Source of the DNA: a candidate division WOR-3 bacterium
Lineage (GTDB): Bacteria; Hydrothermota; Tepidihabitantia; SM23-42
DNA: 44,667 nt
Assembly (NCBI GenBank): GCA_020341755.1
Contig: CP070834.1
Span: forward strand, 2,061,144-2,105,810
Direction: 5' to 3'
Shown here: positions 8,704 to 18,163 of the stretch, in pieces
Position numbering within the stretch: the stretch's first letter is position 1
Layout of the letters: the number at the start of each line of letters is the position of its first letter
The notes under the pieces: generated by a model
Seen by the model: only the letters and a program-made list of their open reading frames with translations
What the model was told of the DNA's origin: nothing
Databases searched by the model: none
Position numbers and translations under genes: made by a program

Positions 8704-9939
8704 TTATACCTCGGGCGGTCCTTCAGACCCGGGGATGAGCAGTTCTTCGACGTGCTGGATAAGAGAATCACGTAACTGTTCGTAATCCGCAAGGTATTTC
8801 TTCTTTACCGCCGGGGCTCTCGGGAGATTGACCTTCAGGGGATTAATGGGAGCACCGTTCTTGTGTAACTCGAAGTGAAGATGCGGACCCGTGGAAAGCC
8901 CGGTCGAACCGACATAGCCTATGAGTTCACCCATCGTCACATGTTTACCTTTATACAGTCCTTTGACGAATTTTGACAGGTGCCCGTAGCGCGTTCGGAA
9001 ATTGTTCATGTGTTTGATCTCAACAAGATTACCGTATCCGCCTTTCCATCCCTTATACGTGACGACGCCGGCACCGATCGATGCGACCGGAGTACCGGTA
9101 GGAGCGCTGTAATCCAATCCGTGATGTGGACGCCACACTTTCAATATCGGATGAAAACGCTTCTTTGAAAAATATGAACTTATGTATGAAAAGCGAAGTG
9201 GCGATTTAAGCAGCGACTTTCTCAGAGATTCACCTTTGAGATTGTAATAATCTTCATGACCTTCCGGATCGCAGAAATAGATACCGTAGTAATCACCGAC
9301 ATGTCCTGTGTAGCGCGTCATTATGATGTTTCCATACCCGATGAATTGAGAGTCACAATATGTTTTTTCGATATAAACATAAAAAGAATCACCGTTCTGC
9401 GTCTCGGTGACAAAATCGATCTCCCAGGCGAAGACATCCGCGAAGCGATACACGAGATTGGGGGTCTCCCCGAGCTCGAGGACCGTCTCGTAGAGCGTTG
9501 ATGAAATTTCACCCGATAATAGATAGTGTGTCGTGTCGATGTATGGATACTTCATTGCGACCGTGTAAAAATCATCACAACGGGCGAGGTAGTATACTTC
9601 GGTATAACTGCGCGTGTACGAGAACGTGACGAGCTCATCATCGCAGAGCACGACGCGGACCGTATCGCCGGGTATGCATCTGCGGAAAGGAAAGCCGGCA
9701 CTCTTCAAGGCACTGATAACATTGAATGCGTGATCGGGTGAAATCATCTCCTCCAGTACCAGTTCAAGTGTTTGTCCTTTTTTCACGAGCCGGTGCATAT
9801 TGTGTACCTGTGGTTCCTGGGTGACGTTCTTTTTTGTCTGGCATGCGATCAGTACCAGAACCATAAGGATGAGAATTTTACAATTTGCTGTCGATATATT
9901 CTTCAAGCCATTCATGGTATATACTGTTGGTATATGCAT
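8704..9939 (-). CDS. M23 peptidoglycan DD-endopeptidase (MepM/Csd3-like), possible lipoprotein; true start probably later than 9939
   Basis: RFHPILK..RPHHGLDY, YGHLS, STGPHLHFE; lipobox-like LIAC. Confidence 0.9.
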   Translation of the reverse strand: MHIPTVYTMNGLKNISTANCKILILMVLVLIACQTKKNVTQEPQVHNMHRLVKKGQTLELVLEEMISPDHAFNVISALKSAGFPFRRCIPGDTVRVVLCDDELVTFSYTRSYTEVYYLARCDDFYTVAMKYPYIDTTHYLLSGEISSTLYETVLELGETPNLVYRFADVFAWEIDFVTETQNGDSFYVYIEKTYCDSQFIGYGNIIMTRYTGHVGDYYGIYFCDPEGHEDYYNLKGESLRKSLLKSPLRFSYISSYFSKKRFHPILKVWRPHHGLDYSAPTGTPVASIGAGVVTYKGWKGGYGNLVEIKHMNNFRTRYGHLSKFVKGLYKGKHVTMGELIGYVGSTGLSTGPHLHFELHKNGAPINPLKVNLPRAPAVKKKYLADYEQLRDSLIQHVEELLIPGSEGPPEV

Positions 9940-10783
9940 ATGAGCAGCCTTCGATGTTGATGCGCGGCATGCTGCTCAGTGATTCAAATACCGTATGGGT
10001 ATCAGAAAAACCCCATACGTTGAATTCGATCTGTATGTATCGTTTCTTGAAACGGGATGTGATATTGCCGGAAAATCCCAGTTTATTCACAATAGACCTG
10101 AGTTCTTTTATTCTCAGTGAACTCGTTACTGCAAGATGAAGGTGTGCATAATTCTTGATCACCGCCCAGTTGATGTTCGGGAAGACCGAAACAAAACCCT
10201 GTGGGTTCTTTTTGCGCCAGAACAGCTGGGACAACCGCACCTCGTCGTCATTGTCCGGGCTGAACAGCATTCGGTGAAGCAAGGTATATGTATACTTCGG
10301 CAGTTTTTGATACAGTCGTTTTATCAACACCCAGTCGGTCTTAAGAATGACACGCGGGACTTTTACATTGTAGGCATCGATCTTATATATTTCAGCATAC
10401 TTTATGCCTGATGTTTTATTAATCGTTTTGTACGCGTCATGCAGACTCTGGGTGTAGAACAGGAGTGATTTGTCCGGACATACACCGGTCGGGAATGTAA
10501 CGTTTTCGACTATCTCTTCGAGACACGCAACCGACTGTTCGGGTTTGAACTGCGAAGTCGTTTCGCACACGATGCAGCCCCAGTACCACTTACCGCCTGC
10601 TATCGCAGGAATGAACAATTTCATACCATAACCGCGGATAAAGCCGGAACTCTCAAAATTCTTTATTCTCAAGAATATTTCCTCTTCGGTTATGTGGAAT
10701 TTTGCGATGACCTCATTGATCGGTATATGGCCGTGAAGTTCGAGCAAACGTATGAGTTTCAGATCTATGGGATCGATTATCAC
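9878..10783 (-). CDS. Lrp/AsnC-type HTH protein, unusually long (301 aa)
   Basis: N-terminal IDPIDLKLIRLL...IAKFHITEEEIFLRIKNFESSGFIRGY. Confidence 0.65.
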   Translation of the reverse strand: MIIDPIDLKLIRLLELHGHIPINEVIAKFHITEEEIFLRIKNFESSGFIRGYGMKLFIPAIAGGKWYWGCIVCETTSQFKPEQSVACLEEIVENVTFPTGVCPDKSLLFYTQSLHDAYKTINKTSGIKYAEIYKIDAYNVKVPRVILKTDWVLIKRLYQKLPKYTYTLLHRMLFSPDNDDEVRLSQLFWRKKNPQGFVSVFPNINWAVIKNYAHLHLAVTSSLRIKELRSIVNKLGFSGNITSRFKKRYIQIEFNVWGFSDTHTVFESLSSMPRINIEGCSYAYTNSIYHEWLEEYIDSKL

Positions 10784-10789
10784 TGCACC

Positions 10790-10817
10790 ATTATAAGCAA
10801 ACTCACAGGAAAGTCAA
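10790..10817 (-). promoter_or_regulatory. sigma70-like promoter TTGACT-N16-TATAAT, 6 nt before GTG (leaderless)
   Basis: agtcaa 10812-10817, attata 10790-10795. Confidence 0.7.
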
Positions 10818-10847
10818 GCGAGTTACTACGGTGAAGCGATCAGAGTT

Positions 10848-12200
10848 TCATTTGCCGATACAGAATTCGTCGAATATACGATCGAGGATCTCTTTATTTA
10901 TGATTTTGCCCGTCAATTCCCCGCACACGTCGAGCGCGGCTCTGAGCTCGTATGCCATTGTCTCGGTGGTTGGAGCTTCTCGTGCGCGCTGGAGATCCTT
11001 CCGGATATCCTCGAGTGACTGACGGTGTCGTTCACGAGTAATGATCGGCTGGTTGGTGTTGAATACGGGCAGGAGTTCACTGCGTATTGTGTCTACCAGC
11101 GCTTCGATGTTGTGACCGCTCTTCGCCGATATCTTCACACAATCCTTCAAGATGTCGGGCGCATGCATACGCAGGTTCAGATCGACTTTGTTGACCACCA
11201 TGATCGTCGGTTGGTGTTTCGTAATATTATAAAGGTTCACATCCTGCTCATTCATGGGTTCTGAGCCGTCAAACATTAGGAGGATAAGATCGGCTCCTTC
11301 CATCAATTGCATGGTTCGTTCCTGGGCTTGTTGGTCAACACCGGTCGCCTTGCCGAGCATGCCGGCAGTATCGTACAGGATAAGGTACAGACCGCCGAGT
11401 GCCACAGTATCTTCCAGGTAGTCCCGCGTGGTCCCGGGTGTTTCGTGGGTGATCGCTCTATCGAATCCGAGCAAACGGTTGAATAATGTCGACTTGCCGA
11501 CGTTCGCCCGTCCCATGATGAGGATCCGGTAACCTTCTTTGATCTTTATTCCGGATTGTGAGTCATTGAGCCATGTTGTCACCCTATCGATGAGCGAAGA
11601 TATCTTTGCATCAGTGCTTTCGGAGTTCACCTCGATATCCTGTTCTTCTGAGAAATCGATGGCCGCATTGATGGTTACGAGCAGGTCAAAAATGCCAGAT
11701 CTGAGATGTTCTACCTGCTCGGACAATTTCCCTTCATACTGCGCTATTGCGATTTTTCGGGCTTCATCGCACGGTGCATAGACCGTGTCGAGCACTGCTT
11801 CAGCTTGCAGGAGATCGATCTTACCATTGAGCAGGGCACGTTTTGTGAACTCACCGCGCTGCGCAATACGCGCCCCAGTTTTGATCACGGCTTGCAGTAT
11901 CCGTTCTATGATAAGGGGGTTGCCGTGGCATGCGATCTCAACGACATCCTCGCCAGTGTACGAGTGGGGTGCACGGTATACCGTCACCACTACTTTATCT
12001 ATGATTTCTTGCGTTGTCGGGTCAATGACCTCGCCGAAATACGCGCGGTTGCTCTCTAACGGCTGATCCGCCTGGCGGGTAAAAATCGTCTCTGCATATC
12101 GGATAGCCTCTTCCCCACTCGCCCGTATGACGCCGATGCTCGAATAGCCTGCAGGAGTAGCACATGCAACGATTGTATCATTGGTTGTCTGAGTCATCAC
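10848..12200 (-). CDS. mnmE: tRNA modification GTPase MnmE
   Basis: APHSYTGEDVVEIACHG, GRANVGKS, GTTRD, DTAG, NKVD, C-terminal FCIGK. Confidence 0.97.
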   Translation of the reverse strand: MMTQTTNDTIVACATPAGYSSIGVIRASGEEAIRYAETIFTRQADQPLESNRAYFGEVIDPTTQEIIDKVVVTVYRAPHSYTGEDVVEIACHGNPLIIERILQAVIKTGARIAQRGEFTKRALLNGKIDLLQAEAVLDTVYAPCDEARKIAIAQYEGKLSEQVEHLRSGIFDLLVTINAAIDFSEEQDIEVNSESTDAKISSLIDRVTTWLNDSQSGIKIKEGYRILIMGRANVGKSTLFNRLLGFDRAITHETPGTTRDYLEDTVALGGLYLILYDTAGMLGKATGVDQQAQERTMQLMEGADLILLMFDGSEPMNEQDVNLYNITKHQPTIMVVNKVDLNLRMHAPDILKDCVKISAKSGHNIEALVDTIRSELLPVFNTNQPIITRERHRQSLEDIRKDLQRAREAPTTETMAYELRAALDVCGELTGKIINKEILDRIFDEFCIGK

Positions 12201-12783
12201 TCGGTGCGATGATTACGTTCTTGCTTACTCCCTTTCCGATTGTGTAAATTTTCACTCCCTTTATCTCGCTCAACTTGCTTTCCACGATTTGCTGTTCTTT
12301 TTTCGTGAGCGGATCAAGAGCCATTTCGCGACCGGTCTGAAGCACGATCCGGGCGATCGCTTCCGCTTTTTTCTTAAGGAAATTATTCCGGCGGTTACGA
12401 TATCCGCCCACATCCACCAGAATCTTAAGATTTGGATGGAAGCGCTTCATGAGCCGGGAAATGAGATACTGCAGCGCCCAGAGCGTCTCACCTTTTTTCC
12501 CGATAAGGATCGCATCGGTATGTTTGGTCTTTATGTTGAGATACAATCCCTTCTCATCTTTGGTGATACTGATGTTTGGCCTGAAACCGCAACTGGTGAG
12601 AATAAATGTCGTCAGTTCCTGGAGATGCTGACGAGCTTCTTTTATCGTTAATTTCACTGTTGTAAGCTCGTCGGTCTCTGATATCACCTCGTAATCGACC
12701 TCGTCAAGGCGTACTTTCATTTCATTCAATCCGTTCTCGAGGGCTTCGTTGAGGTCCTTACCAGTTGCTTCTACCGTTTTCAT
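12178..12783 (-). CDS. jag: Jag/KhpB (EloR) RNA-binding protein
   Basis: Jag_N start, KH domain LIGKKGETLWALQYL, DVGGYR; position between yidC and mnmE. Confidence 0.88.
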   Translation of the reverse strand: MKTVEATGKDLNEALENGLNEMKVRLDEVDYEVISETDELTTVKLTIKEARQHLQELTTFILTSCGFRPNISITKDEKGLYLNIKTKHTDAILIGKKGETLWALQYLISRLMKRFHPNLKILVDVGGYRNRRNNFLKKKAEAIARIVLQTGREMALDPLTKKEQQIVESKLSEIKGVKIYTIGKGVSKNVIIAPSDDSDNQ

Positions 12784-14315
12784 TTGATGCCTCCTCTCTT
12801 AGTGATTATGTGTTCCACTAACGTTAAAATATTGTAAGAAAACCAATATAGTTGGAGCCCTGATGGAAAATTCAGGAAGATGAACACCATGACCAGCGGC
12901 ATCACGATGACCATATACCGCTGCCGCGGATCGATCGTCGTCAAGAATGACTGGACCAGCATCATGACACCCATTACGATCGGTAGTACGTAGTAAGGGT
13001 CCTTCAGTGAGAGATCGGTGATCCAGAAAATAAAAGGCGCCTGTCTGAACTCTATCGATGTAATAAGTGTTTGGTACAGGGCGAAGAATATCGGCATTTG
13101 GATTACAAGAGGCAAACATCCACTGAACGGATTCACTTTATATGTTTTGTACAGATGCATCATTTCCTGGTTGAGCCGCTGGGGTTCGTCTTTGTATTTG
13201 CTTTGAAGTTTCTTGAGTTCCGGCTGGATCATCTGCATTTTGTGCTGTGATCGTATCATTTGACGGGAAAGCGGAAAGAAGATCGCCTTGATGATGATCG
13301 CGAACAGAATAATGGCCAGGCCATAATTCCTGAATAGAGCGTAGAAGAGGTTCAATACCCAGAGGAACAGCCGGGAAATGGGTCCCAACAAACCCCCGGA
13401 TGTGATGCGTTCATAACCTTTGTCGAATGCAGCGAGCCTGTTGTAGTGGACCGGCAGGAGTTGTACGCCGACCCTGAGCATTCCCTGGAACCTGAACTCT
13501 GCGCCGAAACGGTTTCCCCCGCCCCGTAGAAAATAACATCCGAATGCCGCCGGCTGATAAGATGAGCCGTTCTTCAGAGATGTTTCTGTGTCGTCTTTGT
13601 CGTCCAATTTGTAGCATGTGATGTGATCAAGCCCATGACGGTTTTCGATGGCGAGGAAAAAATACTTGCTTCTCATGCCGAACCAGTCGACACCACCCGT
13701 GTGCTCGTAGGTATCCTTTACCTTGCCTTTTATGCTGCCAAATTGTTCATCCTTTATGAAGATATCGAAGTGCCTGAGATCCTCACCCTGGTTCTTTTCC
13801 TCGGTGACGGCGAGCCCTTCCTTTAAGCTGAGCAGATGCGTGGTATTTTCATTACCGATAATCGAGAGTTCGAATCCAACAGAATCATTCAAATAATAGG
13901 TTTTTCTGAAATCGGTTGACTGGTCGGCAGTTGTAAAAACGATCGAATCATCCCAAACTTTGTATTTTAAAATTTCGAGCGACCCATCGGCATGCATGCT
14001 GGTGAAGAGCCGTCCGCCCTCTGGCACGATATTGGCATTGTACTCCTTCAAGAAGAACTCTGTAACCGCTCCACCGTATGGTGACAGGACAAGCCTGAAG
14101 TGGTCCCGTTCGACGATGACCGTGTCAGTATCCTCTGCGACCGGTGCTGGTTCTTCTCGGGTTGTTGGTTCCTGCGTGTCCATGGCGATTGTAGTATCAG
14201 GTTGTTCTGCTACGGGCGGCTCTGCAGGACGCTGAGAACGGCTCAGCAAGGACCATACGACGAGTATTCCGAGAATGAGCAGGAATGCGAGTGCGGTTCG
14301 TGCACGGTCACTCAT
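12780..14315 (-). CDS. yidC: Membrane protein insertase YidC
   Basis: NYGLAII, KMQMIQPELKKLQ, NPFSGCLP..IQMPIF, WITDLS..DPYYVLP, PSGLQLYW; start at MSDRART (14315). Confidence 0.96.
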   Translation of the reverse strand: MSDRARTALAFLLILGILVVWSLLSRSQRPAEPPVAEQPDTTIAMDTQEPTTREEPAPVAEDTDTVIVERDHFRLVLSPYGGAVTEFFLKEYNANIVPEGGRLFTSMHADGSLEILKYKVWDDSIVFTTADQSTDFRKTYYLNDSVGFELSIIGNENTTHLLSLKEGLAVTEEKNQGEDLRHFDIFIKDEQFGSIKGKVKDTYEHTGGVDWFGMRSKYFFLAIENRHGLDHITCYKLDDKDDTETSLKNGSSYQPAAFGCYFLRGGGNRFGAEFRFQGMLRVGVQLLPVHYNRLAAFDKGYERITSGGLLGPISRLFLWVLNLFYALFRNYGLAIILFAIIIKAIFFPLSRQMIRSQHKMQMIQPELKKLQSKYKDEPQRLNQEMMHLYKTYKVNPFSGCLPLVIQMPIFFALYQTLITSIEFRQAPFIFWITDLSLKDPYYVLPIVMGVMMLVQSFLTTIDPRQRYMVIVMPLVMVFIFLNFPSGLQLYWFSYNILTLVEHIITKRGGIK

Positions 14316-14577
14316 AACCACCTGCCTTGCACGTACCCGACCGTGTAAACGCGTGTTTCCATGAGCCTGCTGGCGGTGCCGGGTCAAAACCGCCCGAGCA
14401 CCAGGGATTGCATCTGAGTATGCGCCAGCCAGTCAGTAGTATGCCTTTGATGATACCATGGGTCATGACCGCGTCCAGAGCATAGCGTGAGCAGGAGGGC
14501 GTGAAACGACATGACGGGGGCAGTACGACACCGAGTGTGTACTGGTATAATTTTATCAAGCCAGCAATCACCTTCAT
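14308..14577 (-). CDS. yidD: Membrane protein insertion efficiency factor YidD
   Basis: CRFTPSCSRYA...RILRCNPW..GGFDP. Confidence 0.95.
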   Translation of the reverse strand: MKVIAGLIKLYQYTLGVVLPPSCRFTPSCSRYALDAVMTHGIIKGILLTGWRILRCNPWCSGGFDPAPPAGSWKHAFTRSGTCKAGGYE

Positions 14578-14909
14578 CGCTTCCCTCCGAATTTGACGAA
14601 TGCAGCGATGACGTCATCGCGCTCGAGCGGTCCGCGTGCGTAAAAGACCACGGTGAATCGTGTGAACAAATTTCTGTTCATGCGGTATGCCTCCCTTAAT
14701 ATCCTCTTAATTCTATTTCGTTTAACCGCGCCGCCAATGTGCTTGGAGGCAATAAAACCGGCCGAGGGCCGTTCTGCAGGCAGGTATATAACGGTCAGAT
14801 TACCGTGTACAAACCGTTTTCCCCTGGAAAAAAGAGTCCGAAACACCTGCTTGCCTTTCAGCCTGTCACTTTTCGGGAATGTAGTGCGATTACCTCTTTC
14901 CTTGTACAC
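14574..14909 (-). CDS. rnpA: Ribonuclease P protein component
   Basis: RL...F...GKR, SKHIGGAVKRNRIKRILREAYR. Confidence 0.93.
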   Translation of the reverse strand: MYKERGNRTTFPKSDRLKGKQVFRTLFSRGKRFVHGNLTVIYLPAERPSAGFIASKHIGGAVKRNRIKRILREAYRMNRNLFTRFTVVFYARGPLERDDVIAAFVKFGGKR

Positions 14910-14951
14910 ATAACCTTCTTGGTGCAGTACCTTGAAGAGTCATGCTCTTAC

Positions 14952-15086
14952 TTAAACGGTCAGTTTCTTGCGTCCCTTGCTCCTTCTGCGTTTTAACACC
15001 GACCGTCCGCTCTTGGTCTTCATTCGGTTTCGGAAACCATGCTTCGTTTTTCGCTTTCTTCGGCTCGGCTGATAGGTACGTTTCAT
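14952..15086 (-). CDS. rpmH: 50S ribosomal protein L34
   Basis: Manual translation [44 protein letters not shown] (below ORF-track cutoff). Confidence 0.97.
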   Translation of the reverse strand: MKRTYQPSRRKRKTKHGFRNRMKTKSGRSVLKRRRSKGRKKLTV

Positions 15087-15094
15087 ATCAGATT

Positions 15095-15122
15095 ATTATA
15101 TCGAATTTTAAAGGTAAGTCAA
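15095..15122 (-). promoter_or_regulatory. rpmH promoter TTGACT-N16-TATAAT, 8 nt before ATG
   Basis: agtcaa 15117-15122, attata 15095-15100. Confidence 0.72.
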
Positions 15123-15130
15123 TATCTTTC

Positions 15131-15158
15131 TTGACGGATTATAAGAAATATCTATAAT
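15131..15158 (+). promoter_or_regulatory. Divergent promoter TTGACG-N16-TATAAT, 9 nt before ATG 15168
   Basis: Read directly; back-to-back with the rpmH promoter. Confidence 0.72.
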
Positions 15159-15167
15159 AGATTAATT

Positions 15168-16712
15168 ATGCCGACAAGCGAAACATCGGTGGAAAGCCTT
15201 ATACAGTCACTGGTAAAATCGGTCCGAGCGATACAAATATACGGACTGAGTCACCCTTCTGCTAAGGGATTTTACACCAGGTTCTATCACCAGCTGAGTG
15301 GTTTTTTAAGCGAAGATGCAGAATTAACCCTTCAGATCGAGCAATCCTCTATCCTCTGCAACGGAGAGACCGTATACCACGAAGACGAAAAAGATAACAA
15401 CCTCGCCTTCCGGCTTTTCCGTGACGGGATCCGTACGATTCTGTTCTCTGAAGGGATCACCTTCGACGAGTTACTGCTTTTTCTAGAAACAGTGGGTACT
15501 GCCGGAAAGGATCAGGATATAGCTTTGGGACTATGGGATTGTTACTTTGACCATATCGAATTCTATGTCGTGGAGGAAGAAGAACAGGAAGCGCAATACG
15601 GACCACCCAAGATGATCAAGATGAACATTGATTATGACCAGAAACTGAAGGAAATACTCGAAAAAGAGCGTATAAGGCTGGACAAGAATATCGATCTGGA
15701 ACTGAGTGATGATGAGATAAACGAACTCAAGGCAGAAATGCTCATCAAACAGAAAATACGACCGGTGACCCGTGCAATAACGACACTCATTGATTTCCTT
15801 CACTACCAGAAATCCGATGATATCATAAAAAGCCTTATTGAACTGCTCGAGGAATGCGTGGTGAACGGTCTGTTCTATGACGCACGGCGCATAGTCCACA
15901 AACTCAATCAGTACCCGGATGTCGATGCGGTCAAACGTTTCGAGAACGAAGAGACGATTATAGGTTTTAGTAATACGGTCAATACCGCATCAGAACCAGT
16001 ATTCAATGAGTTCGTGGCGTTCGCCGGATTTTTTTCTAAAAAGTCAGTCCCTTTTCTGATACGATTGCTGGGCGCGGTCAAACATCCCAATCGGGCAATT
16101 GCGCTGAGAAACCGTATAGCCTCAATATGCGATCAGGACCTTGAATTGCTGCGACCGCTCCTGTCGAATCAAGATGCCGACGTGTTGATTAATACAATCG
16201 GAATAATCGGTTTGTCACGTTCCCAGGAGATCCCGTCGATGCTCGAACCGCTCTGTTCGCATCCTAATCACAAGATACGCGTCGCGGTGGTGTCGGCGCT
16301 TGCGCAATGCGAAGATACTCCGCGGATCACGCAGTTTATCGATGACCCGCACCCTGATGTCCGGATCAAGGCGCTCGGCGTACTTTCTGAGATCGGGTAT
16401 ACGCGTATCTACATGAAAGTACTTGACCGTATTAAACAAAAGAAATTCAGGTCACTCGAGCTCGTCGAACAAAAAGAATATTTCAACTATCTTCTTCACA
16501 ACGGTGGGAAATTCCTCGTGAATGACCTTAAGAAGATACTCTTTAAGCGGACATTCTTCAGGGGGAAGGATTACTCCCCCCTGCGTAAACTGGCGGCTCT
16601 TTCACTTGCGCGAGTTAACAGCAAAGATGCGAGGCAGGTTTTGCTCGCTGGAATTGGAAGGCGGAACCGAGACATCCGCCAGGCGTGTGAACAAGCATTG
16701 AAAAAAACATGA
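15168..16712 (+). CDS. HEAT-repeat protein
   Basis: Repeats such as LLSNQDADVLINTIGIIG, HPNHKIRVAVVSALA, DPHPDVRIKALGVLS. Confidence 0.8.
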   Translation: MPTSETSVESLIQSLVKSVRAIQIYGLSHPSAKGFYTRFYHQLSGFLSEDAELTLQIEQSSILCNGETVYHEDEKDNNLAFRLFRDGIRTILFSEGITFDELLLFLETVGTAGKDQDIALGLWDCYFDHIEFYVVEEEEQEAQYGPPKMIKMNIDYDQKLKEILEKERIRLDKNIDLELSDDEINELKAEMLIKQKIRPVTRAITTLIDFLHYQKSDDIIKSLIELLEECVVNGLFYDARRIVHKLNQYPDVDAVKRFENEETIIGFSNTVNTASEPVFNEFVAFAGFFSKKSVPFLIRLLGAVKHPNRAIALRNRIASICDQDLELLRPLLSNQDADVLINTIGIIGLSRSQEIPSMLEPLCSHPNHKIRVAVVSALAQCEDTPRITQFIDDPHPDVRIKALGVLSEIGYTRIYMKVLDRIKQKKFRSLELVEQKEYFNYLLHNGGKFLVNDLKKILFKRTFFRGKDYSPLRKLAALSLARVNSKDARQVLLAGIGRRNRDIRQACEQALKKT

Positions 16713-18103
16713 GTACGTACGAATCAGGGACGACCTTCGTATCGCTCTTTTATGCGCTTATTAAAGCTGCCCAGGTCTACGATCTCGGAAACGATGTTGT
16801 GCAGCACGGGGCACAGCGCTTTGTGCATTTTTTAAATACACTGCTGAACCTGTACTCGCATATTGAAATTATCCGCTATCGTGATTACATATTCTTCAAT
16901 AAACAGCGCCTGCGTTTTCAGATCGATGGTTACGCAAGTTTGCAGTTCCTTCATGAGCGAATGAAACACTTAAAAATACGGAACCTGGTCTTCAAGCCCG
17001 GTGTGGAAAAAGAAGAGATTATTATCTTCGCTAGCCTTTTCAAAGATGAAGATAGTTTTTTAAAGGAGTATGATCGGAAAAAATTCCATCACGTGTGTGT
17101 TGAATTTTCAACCGGTGATGAGGAGATCCCGGAATTCCTGCGCGACAGTGAACGTATTAAAAGAACGTATTTCAAGGCGCTTGCCGTTACCAAGAATCTA
17201 CTGCAGAATCTATGGACGCGCCAGCCTGCGAACGTATCGAGTTCACGACGTATCGTGTACAATCTCATTGATAGCCTCTCACACGATGAATTCGGTCTCC
17301 TCGCCCTCACCACGATAAAGAACTTCGACGAGTATACTTATAATCATTCATTGAATGTAGGGGTATTTTCACTGGCGCTCGGCCAGCGTATCGGTTTGAG
17401 CAAGAAGGATCTGGCACAAGTCGGCACTGCTGGTCTCCTCCATGATATCGGCAAGGTATCTATCGACAAAGATATCATATACAAAGACGGCAAACTCACC
17501 GAAAATGAGTGGGAGGCAGTAAAGCTGCATTCGCAATTCGGGGTGGAGCAGATTTTACAGACCCGCGGCCTGGACGAAACCGGGCTCGTGTCCATGGCCG
17601 TGTGCTACCAGCATCACTGGAACGTCGATGGCACTGGTTACCCGCGCCGCAAAGGCACGGAAAAACCATTTCTATTTTCCAAGATAGTCCGCATATGCGA
17701 TTCCTACGATGCAATGACGACGGCGAGGGTGTATCAACCTATCCCCTATCTTCCTCATATCGCACTCAGGGTACTGTGGCAGCTGCGGCATATTTGCTTT
17801 GACCCGGTGCTGGTCAAAGTTTTCATTCAATTATCAGGACTGTATCCCCTGGGAAGCTGTTTGGAAATGAGTACTGGTGATGTAGCCCTGGTGTTGCGGC
17901 AGAATCCCGGTCATTTCAGCCTGCCTATCGTGAAGATCGTTCTTGACAAGAATCAAGGACCTATCGAAGGACCAACGATCGACCTGTCGGTCGACAAGCA
18001 TGTCTATATTAAAAAACCCGTGTATCCTCAAAAATATGACATTAATCCCGCTGAATTTTTCATGAAATCACCTGCCGGTGATTCAGAAGTAAAAATAGCA
18101 TAG
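16709..18103 (+). CDS. HD-GYP domain phosphodiesterase
   Basis: DEYTYNHSLNV, LLHDIGK, HHWNVDGTGYP, DSYDAMTTARVY, GLYPLGS; ATGA overlap with the upstream gene. Confidence 0.88.
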   Translation: MSTYESGTTFVSLFYALIKAAQVYDLGNDVVQHGAQRFVHFLNTLLNLYSHIEIIRYRDYIFFNKQRLRFQIDGYASLQFLHERMKHLKIRNLVFKPGVEKEEIIIFASLFKDEDSFLKEYDRKKFHHVCVEFSTGDEEIPEFLRDSERIKRTYFKALAVTKNLLQNLWTRQPANVSSSRRIVYNLIDSLSHDEFGLLALTTIKNFDEYTYNHSLNVGVFSLALGQRIGLSKKDLAQVGTAGLLHDIGKVSIDKDIIYKDGKLTENEWEAVKLHSQFGVEQILQTRGLDETGLVSMAVCYQHHWNVDGTGYPRRKGTEKPFLFSKIVRICDSYDAMTTARVYQPIPYLPHIALRVLWQLRHICFDPVLVKVFIQLSGLYPLGSCLEMSTGDVALVLRQNPGHFSLPIVKIVLDKNQGPIEGPTIDLSVDKHVYIKKPVYPQKYDINPAEFFMKSPAGDSEVKIA

Positions 18104-18129
18104 TATAGAAATGTAGCAGCGTGCGTATA

Positions 18130-18158
18130 TTGACTTACATGCGCAAACGGTATATAAT
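18130..18158 (+). promoter_or_regulatory. Promoter TTGACT-N17-TATAAT, 5 nt before GTG 18164
   Basis: Read directly. Confidence 0.65.
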
Positions 18159-18163
18159 TGAGT

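Noticed and set aside
14316-14387. Apparent 24-aa N-terminal extension of YidC
   Set aside because: Overlaps yidD; ATG at 14315 gives the normal YidC N-terminal TM segment
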